DNA from: Gammaproteobacteria bacterium
Lineage (GTDB): Bacteria > Pseudomonadota > Gammaproteobacteria > Ga0077536
DNA: 64,000 bases
NCBI GenBank assembly: GCA_963662545.2
Contig: CAXXLL010000003.1
Span: 192,001-256,000, forward strand
Direction: 5' to 3'
Part shown: piece by piece, positions 30,356-39,399 of the stretch
How the letters are laid out: the number at the start of each line of letters is the position of its first letter
How positions within the stretch are numbered: the first letter of the stretch is position 1
Position numbers and translations under genes: made by a program
Notes under the pieces: model-generated
The model's input: the letters and a program-made list of their open reading frames with translations, nothing else
Told to the model about the DNA's origin: nothing
Databases searched by the model: none

Positions 30356-31416
30356 GCCAGCATCTCACCTTCGATTACGAATTCGTCATCTACCATGAGT
30401 TTGCGTGCAACCAGTAAATCGCGGAGTTTATCGGCGTCCATGACCGAATCCGCGGAGCTGTATTCCTCCGCGAGGTCGCAGACGTCGAGCGACGCCTCCC
30501 GCAACTCGGGCAGTATTGGCGCGATGACGTAATTGCCGTCTCTTTCGACCGTTCGATGGGTTTCTTCTTCGGATATCAAGATCTCGTGTAGCTTCTCTCC
30601 CGGACGGATCGCGGTAATTTCAGTCTGCACGTTTCGATCCCCGATCAATACTTGCGCCAAATCAACGATCCGCGCCGAGGGTACGCGTGGAATATAAGTT
30701 TCGCCGGGGCGGGCATCCTGCACGGCCGTCAGGATCAGGTCAACGGCCTGGTCGAGACTGAGGAGGAAGCGCGTCATCTCGGCATGCGTGATCGTCACCG
30801 GCCCGCCGCTGGCGATTTGACCATGGAACAGGGGAATTACCGAACCGCGCGAAGCGAGCACATTGCCGTAACGCGCAAGGACGTAGCGCACGCCGCCGGA
30901 ATCGAGATTGGCGCGCGCAAAGACGCGTTCCTGAATGGACTTCGTCATGCCCATGACGTTGACCGGTTTCACTGCCTTGTCGGTCGAGATACCGACGACG
31001 GTTTCGACCTTGCTCGCGGAACTCCTGATCGCGCGCACGATGTTTTCCGCGCCGACGATATTGGTCTGGACCGCCTCGAACGGAAAGTATTCACAGGTGG
31101 GAACCTGTTTGAGCGCCGCGGCATTGAAGACGATGTCGATGCCCTGGATCGCAACGGCGACCGCGTTCAGATCCCTCACGTCACCGATCTGAAATTCGAG
31201 CGTTCGGGCAAAGTTCTGGTAGATGATCTCATCGGTTGGCGAGCGTTTGTGCTCGTAGGCAACGCGCAACTCGTGCTGTTTCGCCTCGTCCCTCGAAAAA
31301 ACCACGATCCGTTCCGGCGCGCCATTCGTTCCGCTCAACAAGCGCTGCAACAACACCTTGCCGAGCGAGCCCGTACCGCCGGTGATCAGGATTCTTTTCC
31401 CCTCCATCACGTTCAT
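30352..31416 (-). CDS. fnlA: UDP-GlcNAc 4,6-dehydratase/5-epimerase (FnlA/CapE)
   Basis: GGTGSLG, FSRDEAKQ, AAALKQVPTCEYFP, STDKAV, RYGNVLASRGSVIP, RPGEKLHE. Confidence 0.9.
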   Translation of the reverse strand: MNVMEGKRILITGGTGSLGKVLLQRLLSGTNGAPERIVVFSRDEAKQHELRVAYEHKRSPTDEIIYQNFARTLEFQIGDVRDLNAVAVAIQGIDIVFNAAALKQVPTCEYFPFEAVQTNIVGAENIVRAIRSSASKVETVVGISTDKAVKPVNVMGMTKSIQERVFARANLDSGGVRYVLARYGNVLASRGSVIPLFHGQIASGGPVTITHAEMTRFLLSLDQAVDLILTAVQDARPGETYIPRVPSARIVDLAQVLIGDRNVQTEITAIRPGEKLHEILISEEETHRTVERDGNYVIAPILPELREASLDVCDLAEEYSSADSVMDADKLRDLLVARKLMVDDEFVIEGEMLA

Positions 31417-32304
31417 TCAGTTGATCTCCCGCCTCAAGTCCTCGTAATTCGTTGGATCGGCATACATCGCTTCGATCATTTCACGCCAGGCCGGTGGCGC
31501 GAAACCGGTCTCCCTACGAAACCGGCTGCTGTCGAGACGGCGATCGCAGTAAAAATTGACGTCTTCCTCGATGCGCATTTCCTTGTCATAAACCTCGTTG
31601 ACGATGTTCAGCAACTCAAACTTGTCGATGGCGTCGCTCGATACATGCCACAGCCCTTCCAACTGGCGGTGTTCGACGATGATTCGCTTAAGGATGTCGG
31701 CGAAAGCCGTCGTCGTGAAGCCCGTGTAGAGCGCATGGCGGTAGCCGCCGATCGCGGGGCCCGGGTGCTGCAGAAACCATTCCAGTAAGCCCGTGCCCCG
31801 ACTGAGTTCGCGTCCAATGATCGAGGTTCGAAGCGTGCAACTGCCGGCAGTGCCCACCTCGCCCAAGCGCTTGGTGCATCCATAAAGATCGTCGGCGTCA
31901 GCGATATCATCTTCAGAGTAAGGCCCGTTCGCACCCGAAAACACGCAGTCCGTGCTGATGTGAATCAGTCGCGCCCCGTGTTGGTTGCAAATCGTCGCCG
32001 CCAGGTGCGGGAAGAGCGCGTTCAAGCGGATCGACAGCGCCGGATCCTTCGCTTCCTTGAGTTGCTTAACGATCCCGATGCAATTGACGACCGCCTCCGG
32101 CCGAAAATCCGTAACGGCCCGCTCTACCGTCGATAGTTCTTCCGCACTGACTCTTTCGTAAAGCGGCAGGTCGAGGCGGAGCGCGCTGAGCGGCGACTTC
32201 GCAGCGATGGTCCGGATGGTGGCGGCGATCTCCAGTTCGCCCTGCCATCGCTGGATAAGCTTGTGGCCCAGCATTCCCGCGCCGCCTAGGATCAGAACGC
32301 GCAT
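31417..32304 (-). CDS. RmlD-like NDP-4-keto-6-deoxysugar reductase (QnlA/WbvR-type)
   Basis: GGAGMLG, NCIGIVKQ, NALFPH, ISTDCVFSG, YGCTK, RTSIIGREL; 295 aa with no C-terminal cupin. Confidence 0.85.
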   Translation of the reverse strand: MRVLILGGAGMLGHKLIQRWQGELEIAATIRTIAAKSPLSALRLDLPLYERVSAEELSTVERAVTDFRPEAVVNCIGIVKQLKEAKDPALSIRLNALFPHLAATICNQHGARLIHISTDCVFSGANGPYSEDDIADADDLYGCTKRLGEVGTAGSCTLRTSIIGRELSRGTGLLEWFLQHPGPAIGGYRHALYTGFTTTAFADILKRIIVEHRQLEGLWHVSSDAIDKFELLNIVNEVYDKEMRIEEDVNFYCDRRLDSSRFRRETGFAPPAWREMIEAMYADPTNYEDLRREIN

Positions 32305-32334
32305 CGATCAACGTCCGCGATCGCCGGACTCCCG

Positions 32335-33759
32335 TCATTCACGTTCGTACCAGTAAAGCATGCGCCCTTCTCGGGAGATCTTCTGGGCTTTTTCGATGCG
32401 CGCGTGATTGGCGAGCGCCTGTTCGAATACATCCTGAGAATAAGCGTCGAAGATGTCTTCGCGCAATGCGAGCATCTGCTTCACTGTGGTGTCATCTTTC
32501 TGCACGAATTCGATGACCCCCCGTGGCGCCTGGCAAACCAGCCATGCCACGACATCCGGCAGCGGTATGTTCCGGCCGATGGCAAGATGGTGTTCGAAGG
32601 CGAGGGCCAGAATCGCATCGAATGTGCCGCGTTGTTCGAACCCGAGGCGTTCGGATTGACGCCATCCTTGTGACGGACTCGGGTTTGCCGCATCGAGATA
32701 AAGCGGCGTAATTTTGAGGTTTCCGGCGACGGCACGTTGGTATGCCTTTTCAAGCGCGACGCGGTCGTACTCGAAACCGATCACACGCTCGGCACCGGCG
32801 CGGCAGGCCAGTTCGGAGAAGGCGCCGGTGTTACAACCGAAATCGCCGACGAGTTTAGCCCCAATCCGCTCGATGAACTCCGCGACAAAACGCTTCTTCG
32901 CCTCCATTTCCTCTGTTCCATAAGTATGCGTTTCCGAATAATCGCCCCAGGTGCTTTGACCGACGTCACGCGGGGTTAATTTGGCGATCCAGTTTCGAAG
33001 CTGCTCCATGATCCCGAGATAACCCAGTTTCGACAGCCCACGAGACGTCATTCGCTTTTCCGCCTTAGCGACAGCGCCCTGGTTAGACAGGGCGGCTGCC
33101 TGCATTCGGGCTGGACCGATTACGTGGACGAGTACTCGCCAGGACAGGCGTGAGCGCGCCGGCAGCATCCGACCCAATTCGCCCGCCGGAATGCCTTCTA
33201 ATGAGCCCCGGAACCACGCATTGTGGGGAACACCCAAATAGGCACGCAACAGGAGCGGATTGAGAAACTGCTCGCAAAACTGTCCATAACCTAACCAATA
33301 TTCACCATTTCGATAAGGTCGCAACGATAGCAGGTCGATGAACAGGGGCGCCGAACCGTCAAATTGAATGTTATAGGCGGATGCGTCCGAAAATGCGACG
33401 TCGTGTTCGAGCGCGTCCATTTGCAGATCGAGGTGGAGCAGCGCCGCCGCTTTCAACATGCCGAATGACCATTCGTAGGGGTACGATATGAACGGTAACC
33501 GCTGATGCTCTACGATCGTTTCGCATCCAAGATGCTCCGACAATTCCGGTAGTTCTATTTCGGTGGCGGATACAAAACTTCCATTAGCTACCCACCGCGT
33601 GAGAAATCCCTTCTGCAGGACGAATTCGAAATCGTCCGATGCCCGGTGCGACAGAGATCTGAGGATACGGCCGTCATACTCGAACACCTGACCTCTCGGA
33701 TCGCGAAACGATCCAGGGTTCAAAATAATCTCGCTTGCTTTGTCGACCTGCGGCGAAAT
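32335..33759 (-). CDS. NoeA-like protein with class I SAM methyltransferase C-terminal domain; start uncertain (ATT 33759 or TTG 33723)
   Basis: PGSFRDP, PFISYPYEWSF, DASAYNIQF, DFGCNTG, NPSPSQGW, LALAFEHHL. Confidence 0.8.
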   Translation of the reverse strand: MSPQVDKASEIILNPGSFRDPRGQVFEYDGRILRSLSHRASDDFEFVLQKGFLTRWVANGSFVSATEIELPELSEHLGCETIVEHQRLPFISYPYEWSFGMLKAAALLHLDLQMDALEHDVAFSDASAYNIQFDGSAPLFIDLLSLRPYRNGEYWLGYGQFCEQFLNPLLLRAYLGVPHNAWFRGSLEGIPAGELGRMLPARSRLSWRVLVHVIGPARMQAAALSNQGAVAKAEKRMTSRGLSKLGYLGIMEQLRNWIAKLTPRDVGQSTWGDYSETHTYGTEEMEAKKRFVAEFIERIGAKLVGDFGCNTGAFSELACRAGAERVIGFEYDRVALEKAYQRAVAGNLKITPLYLDAANPSPSQGWRQSERLGFEQRGTFDAILALAFEHHLAIGRNIPLPDVVAWLVCQAPRGVIEFVQKDDTTVKQMLALREDIFDAYSQDVFEQALANHARIEKAQKISREGRMLYWYERE

Positions 33760-34025
33760 TACTCTTCCTCCGGTGCAGCCGTATCGGAGACGGTTGCCGC
33801 GCTTGAATCTTCCGGCACAGGTTCTTTGCGCACGACGCGCGCGTACCAAGCCGTGAGTCGTCGCCAGTACAGCTTGATCGCCACAGCCGTCCCGGCGATC
33901 ACCCCGATCAATCCTTGAATGAGCATGCTCCCGGTCACGGGGTCGAGATACGCCTGAACCTGCGGTCCATACACCGTACCGCCTGTAAGCGCTAAGAATA
34001 TCGCCAGCCATTTTCCGTACGTCAT
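33759..34025 (-). CDS. Small membrane protein with AYLDPxTGS motif
   Basis: 88 aa: signal-like N-terminus, AYLDPVTGSMLIQG, TM helix, acidic tail; stop overlaps next gene. Confidence 0.75.
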   Translation of the reverse strand: MTYGKWLAIFLALTGGTVYGPQVQAYLDPVTGSMLIQGLIGVIAGTAVAIKLYWRRLTAWYARVVRKEPVPEDSSAATVSDTAAPEEE

Positions 34026-34144
34026 AGTTCTACCTCAGTTCCGGGCGCTTCCATACCGTCCGCCCCGCTACTCTCTTGTGCAGCCAAAAGTACGCTGCGC
34101 CTCCCGTTCTCCACACTGGCACCATGATAATCCGCACAGCTTTG

Positions 34145-35440
34145 CTATACGGCGCCGACTGCTTCCATAAATGCAGCCGCAGCGTCATCAGGTGAAAAAT
34201 CTCGCGCCGCACAGCGTCTAGCGTTCGTACATATCAACGCACAACGTTCCTGATCCTCGTAGATCGCTTTCAGTACCACCGAGATGTCTTCCGGGCGATC
34301 GCTGGTACACACGAAACCGCAATTATTCGACACCAGGTAATCCACTATGAATGTATCGGCAGGCGCTACCGCGAACACCGGCCTGCCGCTGGCGAGATAG
34401 TCCGCGAGTTTGGCCGTGCCGGAAGTCGCAATTAAAGTCCTGGCCTTCGGATCGAATGTGAAAGGGAGCAGGAGAATATCGGCGTCTTCCTGAATTCTCG
34501 CGATCTCGTACGGCGGCACGTGTTCGTTTAATTCGAGACGCTCATGCGCGTCATCGCCCTTGTCTAGGAACCCGGTTTGCGCAGTATATAAAACCAAACG
34601 CACCTGCGTTTGTTGCAGGCCCTGAACGCCCCGCAGAACGCTTTTAACTGTGCTTTCGTTTACCGCGTACACCGCGCCCGTATACAGCAATGAAATCGGC
34701 TTCGAACCGTCGATTCGCCGGTACGCCCAACTCGCGTTAGAAACGGGCGCGGCTGTCGGATTTCGAACAATTACGCATTCCGATCCGTAGCGGGATTCCA
34801 ATTCACTTGCCATATGCTCGTTGGGGACGACGAGGCCGGCCTTTTTCTCAACGATATACTTTTCGAAGCACCGCGCCATCTGCTCTGCAGCGGGAAACTG
34901 CCACCATTGAGTTACGAAATCATCGAATACGTATAGAACGAACCTGGCTCGAATGGCCCGCGCGGCAACGAATGCGGCCGGCACCTCCACCAGATCCCCG
35001 GTCGTCGCCACAACGGTCTGAACTTTCTCAGCTTCCAGGATCCTGGCGAGGCTGTAAGCACGCTGTCCAATCTTCGACAAAATGGTCATCCACTGGCCGA
35101 GTCCGTGGCGGGATGACGGCAAAAATAAACTGCCAGGGACGTGGTGATAGGTTGCAGGTAATTTCGGAATGAAATCGTCCTCTTCCCGTCTGGAATACGC
35201 TAACCGCGAAACCAGGCAATACGTCCCCGTCGGAACTCTGCTCAAGATCCGACTGAGGACGATGGCGCCACCGGACCAGGCTGGTGGCAGATAATACGAA
35301 ACGATTGCGAATATTTTTGCGCTGCTTGGCGGAATTGAAATCTTGCGTAACCGGAACCGTAGAAGACCGCGGCAGACCAGAATAAAAAAGGTTTCCGCAA
35401 TGTGAAAGATTGCCCTTATCATAATGCTCTTTCTTTGCAC
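34145..35440 (-). CDS. Divergent GT-B glycosyltransferase
   Basis: YYLPPAWSGGA, LLYTGAVY, ADILLLP, KLADYLASGRPV. Confidence 0.75.
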   Translation of the reverse strand: MQRKSIMIRAIFHIAETFFILVCRGLLRFRLRKISIPPSSAKIFAIVSYYLPPAWSGGAIVLSRILSRVPTGTYCLVSRLAYSRREEDDFIPKLPATYHHVPGSLFLPSSRHGLGQWMTILSKIGQRAYSLARILEAEKVQTVVATTGDLVEVPAAFVAARAIRARFVLYVFDDFVTQWWQFPAAEQMARCFEKYIVEKKAGLVVPNEHMASELESRYGSECVIVRNPTAAPVSNASWAYRRIDGSKPISLLYTGAVYAVNESTVKSVLRGVQGLQQTQVRLVLYTAQTGFLDKGDDAHERLELNEHVPPYEIARIQEDADILLLPFTFDPKARTLIATSGTAKLADYLASGRPVFAVAPADTFIVDYLVSNNCGFVCTSDRPEDISVVLKAIYEDQERCALICTNARRCAARDFSPDDAAAAFMEAVGAV

Positions 35441-35505
35441 CGCGATTTCCCTGTGCAGGACAAAGTTACGACTTCTCGTCCATTAACCAGCACGCTCATC
35501 GCGCT

Positions 35506-37191
35506 TCAGTAAACATCCGATCCGAAGTCGACCATATCCACTTTGACCAAGTCCGGCTTATCTTTGATGTTAGCCATTACGGTATGTTCTTTGACGGGCG
35601 GTTCGGTGACTAATGACGGCGTAAGATGCTCGCCAAGCAGCCGTTGCACCGGCGCCATACGCAAATCGATACCTGGGTCAAGACCCGGGGCCCTAATTGA
35701 AAAATGAGTCGCAAAATTGTCAATTAGATCACGCGCGTCCATATCTTCGGCATACTTGGTCTTCGAAATCCTGGAGCCATGGTCGCCCGTTATGACGAAC
35801 GTTGCATCTTTTAAAATAGGATTCGATTCGACCGCTTTAAATAACGTTTCCAATTCCGAATATAGACAGTTGAGTTGCCCGTAATAGCGCTGGTAGCTGT
35901 CGACATACGTACGCTCTACCTCTACGGAATCCTCGATTCTCTCGGCTAGCGCATAGGGATTAACTGCGCCGGGATTCAGCGAACAGTCGTCGTTCAACAT
36001 GTATGGCGCGTGCGGGACGAGAATATGCGCGAAGATTATCGTGCCCGGCTGAGCTTCGAGGATTCGGCCCTTGATCTTCGCAAACCAGCGTAAGAAAACG
36101 TGAACATCAATGCGTAGAGTCAGCTTCGGTAACTCTAACAGCGGCACAATATTTCGTTGCAAGTTTTTGACGAAATAACTATTCTTCGTCGCGTTCAACA
36201 CAGTTGTCAGTGTCAGCAGCGGTTGAGCGCCGCGTTCGACTGGCAGATATTTGGAAAACTGATTGAATGAGTCGAGCGTCGCGCAATAGATCACACCCGG
36301 AATACCACAATAAAACATGATGTCCGCCTGAAACATCTCTATCACATAGCCATTTTCAACGTATTTCTCGAAGATGGCGTTGCCGACTACCTGATTGCGC
36401 ATTGCCCTACCAAAGACATCTTTTTTAGTCTTAGTCCTTTTCAAATAACTTGCCGACAGAGTGGTGCGTTCAAAATCAATATTGAGCATCGCCGGTATCG
36501 ATTGTCGCGTCCAATAGTGCCGGCTGTACGCGTTCGGATAAATACGAAACCCATAGATTTCATGAAAATCGAATACGCGTTGTTTCACGGCGTCCGCCGC
36601 GTCCGGAACTATTCCGTCGGGAAACGCACTCGCCGACATGAGTTCGTCAAATAAAAGGATAACGATGACGGGTTTGCCTTTCGCGCGTTCGTTTTCCGCT
36701 TCCGCTACGACGCTTTCCAATTCTATATACGGTAAATCCATAGTCGCCGTTTCTTGAAAGATCAGTGTGCTCAATAGGATTGCCGAGAAGATCGCGCCAA
36801 AAACGAGGGGTGCGTTGGCTGCGAGCAAATATGCAATGACACTGATTACCGTGGCGGTCGCGACAATGACCAGATAGTGGCCCGAATCCGACGGAATACC
36901 CATCCATTGAAATGAAGTGTCCCAGTGGACGGCGAGACTATTCCCTCCATACGCGACATCGATAAAAACGAGCGAGGGCACGGCAATCATGACTGCCTGG
37001 ACAGGTCTTGGGAGGCGAACGAAAGTAATTGCAAAAATCCCGCCGGCGAGCGCAATGACAAAGAATATCGTTAGCGCTCCCGCATGCAAGAGCGACATTC
37101 TAAGGCTCAGCATCGAATTGCAAATGGGCGCCGCAAACGCGGAAAAGAACAAGATGAAGGCCCAGAATGAACCGGGCCGAAGCTTACGCAT
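35506..37191 (-). CDS. Sulfatase/LtaS-like membrane transferase (alkaline phosphatase superfamily)
   Basis: About five N-terminal TMs, then LLFDE, YS..YWTRQS (candidate Thr nucleophile), HILVPHAPY, ITGDHG. Confidence 0.75.
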   Translation of the reverse strand: MRKLRPGSFWAFILFFSAFAAPICNSMLSLRMSLLHAGALTIFFVIALAGGIFAITFVRLPRPVQAVMIAVPSLVFIDVAYGGNSLAVHWDTSFQWMGIPSDSGHYLVIVATATVISVIAYLLAANAPLVFGAIFSAILLSTLIFQETATMDLPYIELESVVAEAENERAKGKPVIVILLFDELMSASAFPDGIVPDAADAVKQRVFDFHEIYGFRIYPNAYSRHYWTRQSIPAMLNIDFERTTLSASYLKRTKTKKDVFGRAMRNQVVGNAIFEKYVENGYVIEMFQADIMFYCGIPGVIYCATLDSFNQFSKYLPVERGAQPLLTLTTVLNATKNSYFVKNLQRNIVPLLELPKLTLRIDVHVFLRWFAKIKGRILEAQPGTIIFAHILVPHAPYMLNDDCSLNPGAVNPYALAERIEDSVEVERTYVDSYQRYYGQLNCLYSELETLFKAVESNPILKDATFVITGDHGSRISKTKYAEDMDARDLIDNFATHFSIRAPGLDPGIDLRMAPVQRLLGEHLTPSLVTEPPVKEHTVMANIKDKPDLVKVDMVDFGSDVY

Positions 37192-37260
37192 ATGAATTCT
37201 TGCCGCTTGCAAACAGGTATTCAATTTCCGGCGATCGGGATCGCGCTGCGCAACCAGACC

Positions 37261-38478
37261 TCATGCTCCGTCCTCGCTTACCTGGCCAAGCTCAAAAATC
37301 AAGCCTTTTTCCAAGGCCTCATACATGCGGATCGCACGTTCGCGCACAATATCGGAAGCCAATCGCGCCGTGACCGTTCGTTCATTGATGCGGACCGCGT
37401 TGTCGATGAATTCATCGTCCGTGACCGCTGTCCGGATGCGGTCGGCTATCTCTTCGGCCCGATAGGGTGACACGATGAATCCACCTTCCCCATCGTTGAT
37501 CCACTCGTCGACGCAAGCGGTATTCGCTTGTATCGGGACGGATTTCAATACGAGCGCTTCCAGAAAAGAAGTGCTGATGGCGTCGGATATCCCGATTCCT
37601 ATGGAGACGCGTGCGGCTCCGTGCACGCGCAGGATCGCCTCTCTGGGCGCCGGAAACGCCAGACTGTGAATGTTAAGACCGTAATCAGCCTCGACCAACT
37701 TCACCATGAGTGCGACGTCAGGAGTTACTGCGTATACCTGAATTTCATAATCCTGCAATGCGTCGGCCGCGAGACAAATCGCGTCGAGCGCGGTTAACGC
37801 CCGGCCGGCGAAATGCTGGTACCCCTTGACCGCGATCACGCGGCGACTCGAGGTCTTGCCGGGATCCTTGATGAATTTCCGCATCCACGCTAAATCGAAT
37901 CCGCCGCCATTGGGAAGTACCGGCAGGACTTCTCCGTTAAACCCCCACTCTTTCGCAATCCGGACGTCGCGTTGGCATTCAGCGGAATAATAATCGGCAG
38001 CAAGCAATATGCGTTCGATTTTCTCTCGGTGATCGGACAACCTGCCGAAAAGGTAAATGTCGCTTCCCCAGTTGGTCGCTATCCAAGGCGGGAACTCCGC
38101 GCCCATTCTGTCCCTCGCCTGCAGGGTGAGGTAGCCGGCGGATTGGAACTCCAAGGAATGCACGACGTCAGGTTTGAATCGCCTGATAGCCTGAATCAGC
38201 CAATCTACGCGCCACTCCGCCCCACCGGTTAAGTTCTCAACCATCAGTTCGGCGCGGACCGCGCCCCGCCGAAACGGCCACAAGGACACCAGGTTGACGG
38301 TACCGTCCGCGCACGGCTGCCCGCCCCAAGTTGAAAGGCGTCGGACTTTCTCCAAGTTGTAATGACGCTCCGCTGTGTAGGGAGGAAACAGCAGGATTTC
38401 ATGTCGCGTCTCACTGAGCTGATTGATCCAGCGGGCCGTATGAATACTGTTATGCATTGCGACGAACAGAATGCGCAT
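37261..38478 (-). CDS. GT-B glycosyltransferase
   Basis: MRILFVA..SIHTARWI, TNWGSDIY, SDAISTSFLEAL. Confidence 0.8.
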   Translation of the reverse strand: MRILFVAMHNSIHTARWINQLSETRHEILLFPPYTAERHYNLEKVRRLSTWGGQPCADGTVNLVSLWPFRRGAVRAELMVENLTGGAEWRVDWLIQAIRRFKPDVVHSLEFQSAGYLTLQARDRMGAEFPPWIATNWGSDIYLFGRLSDHREKIERILLAADYYSAECQRDVRIAKEWGFNGEVLPVLPNGGGFDLAWMRKFIKDPGKTSSRRVIAVKGYQHFAGRALTALDAICLAADALQDYEIQVYAVTPDVALMVKLVEADYGLNIHSLAFPAPREAILRVHGAARVSIGIGISDAISTSFLEALVLKSVPIQANTACVDEWINDGEGGFIVSPYRAEEIADRIRTAVTDDEFIDNAVRINERTVTARLASDIVRERAIRMYEALEKGLIFELGQVSEDGA

Positions 38479-38599
38479 GCCTAGCTACTCCGACTCCGCC
38501 GACGGCCCGCGCGGGTGCCAGTCGGACGCCTACCCCCGCCGGCGCTTCGTAATGAAAGATTTGGAGTCATCGTTTTCGCACCATGGTTTGTGATCAAGG

Positions 38600-38611
38600 C
38601 ACGCTACCGCC
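38600..38611 (-). promoter_or_regulatory. ops element (RfaH recruitment site) in JUMPStart-like leader
   Basis: Minus strand reads GGCGGTAGCGTG, an exact match to GGCGGTAGnnTG, ~120 nt upstream of the ATG at 38478. Confidence 0.85.
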
Positions 38612-38668
38612 CTTCGACACCGCATTTACAGAGTCGCCTAATTAAAATCCCACCAATTCAACAACCGA

Positions 38669-39280
38669 TTATTCGTACTGGCGGAGCAATCCATCCAATA
38701 GATTCGGTACCAGCAATTGACCCTTTTCAAGCCGTTCACTCAACTCGCGATGCAAGGCGTCGGAATTGACAAGCGCCGTAAAAATGCACGTATCAAACGT
38801 CGCCACGTCTCCGAATTCATGCCATACGGGTTTATGCAAAAACTTATCGAGCTCGGAATCCGGATCGTAAGTCCCCGCTAATTCAAGTCGAAAGTCTTGC
38901 GCCCGCAGTGAACCTATTTCAGCAAGTTCGGATACGCCCGCGAAAACAATCGTGCGTGCACCCGCGTCTTTGCACTGATGAAATACAGTGCTGAGCGAAT
39001 CGCCCGCCCTGCGATAAAAGTCGAATGATGACGACAGGTGTGCTTTCGTCAGCCGGGCTTTTTCAGCGAAGCCTCGCGGCGTTAAGTAATACAGATAACG
39101 ATTCGCAGGGGCCTGATGGATCTTGATGAGCCCTTTGCGCGCGCACCTTTTCAAATAGGAATTCGCCATGCCCAAGGCAATTCCAAGCCTGGCAGCGAGA
39201 TGGCGCTGCGTCACATTACTACGCGCCTCTATAGCCTCGAGGATCTCGAGGGTAAGCGCTTCTTCCCGATCCTTGCTCAT
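38669..39280 (-). CDS. EPS-associated MarR-type winged-helix regulator
   Basis: LEILEAIE..TQRHLAARLGIALGMANSYLKR..KGLIK..RYLYYLTPRGFAEKARL plus C-terminal Rossmann-like domain. Confidence 0.85.
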   Translation of the reverse strand: MSKDREEALTLEILEAIEARSNVTQRHLAARLGIALGMANSYLKRCARKGLIKIHQAPANRYLYYLTPRGFAEKARLTKAHLSSSFDFYRRAGDSLSTVFHQCKDAGARTIVFAGVSELAEIGSLRAQDFRLELAGTYDPDSELDKFLHKPVWHEFGDVATFDTCIFTALVNSDALHRELSERLEKGQLLVPNLLDGLLRQYE

Positions 39281-39399
39281 CGGTAGTTCGGTCGGCCCGC
39301 AGGCCTCTGTAATCGTCCCCCAATTTGCCCGTATGCTGCGTGCAAACGACATCCCATCGATGTCCCGGTCTTATCCATACGATTGCTGGTGGAAACTTC

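Noticed and set aside
33760-34011. N-terminal extension of the 558 aa ORF
   Set aside because: Overlaps the 88 aa membrane-peptide gene in another frame and reads as non-coding-frame translation
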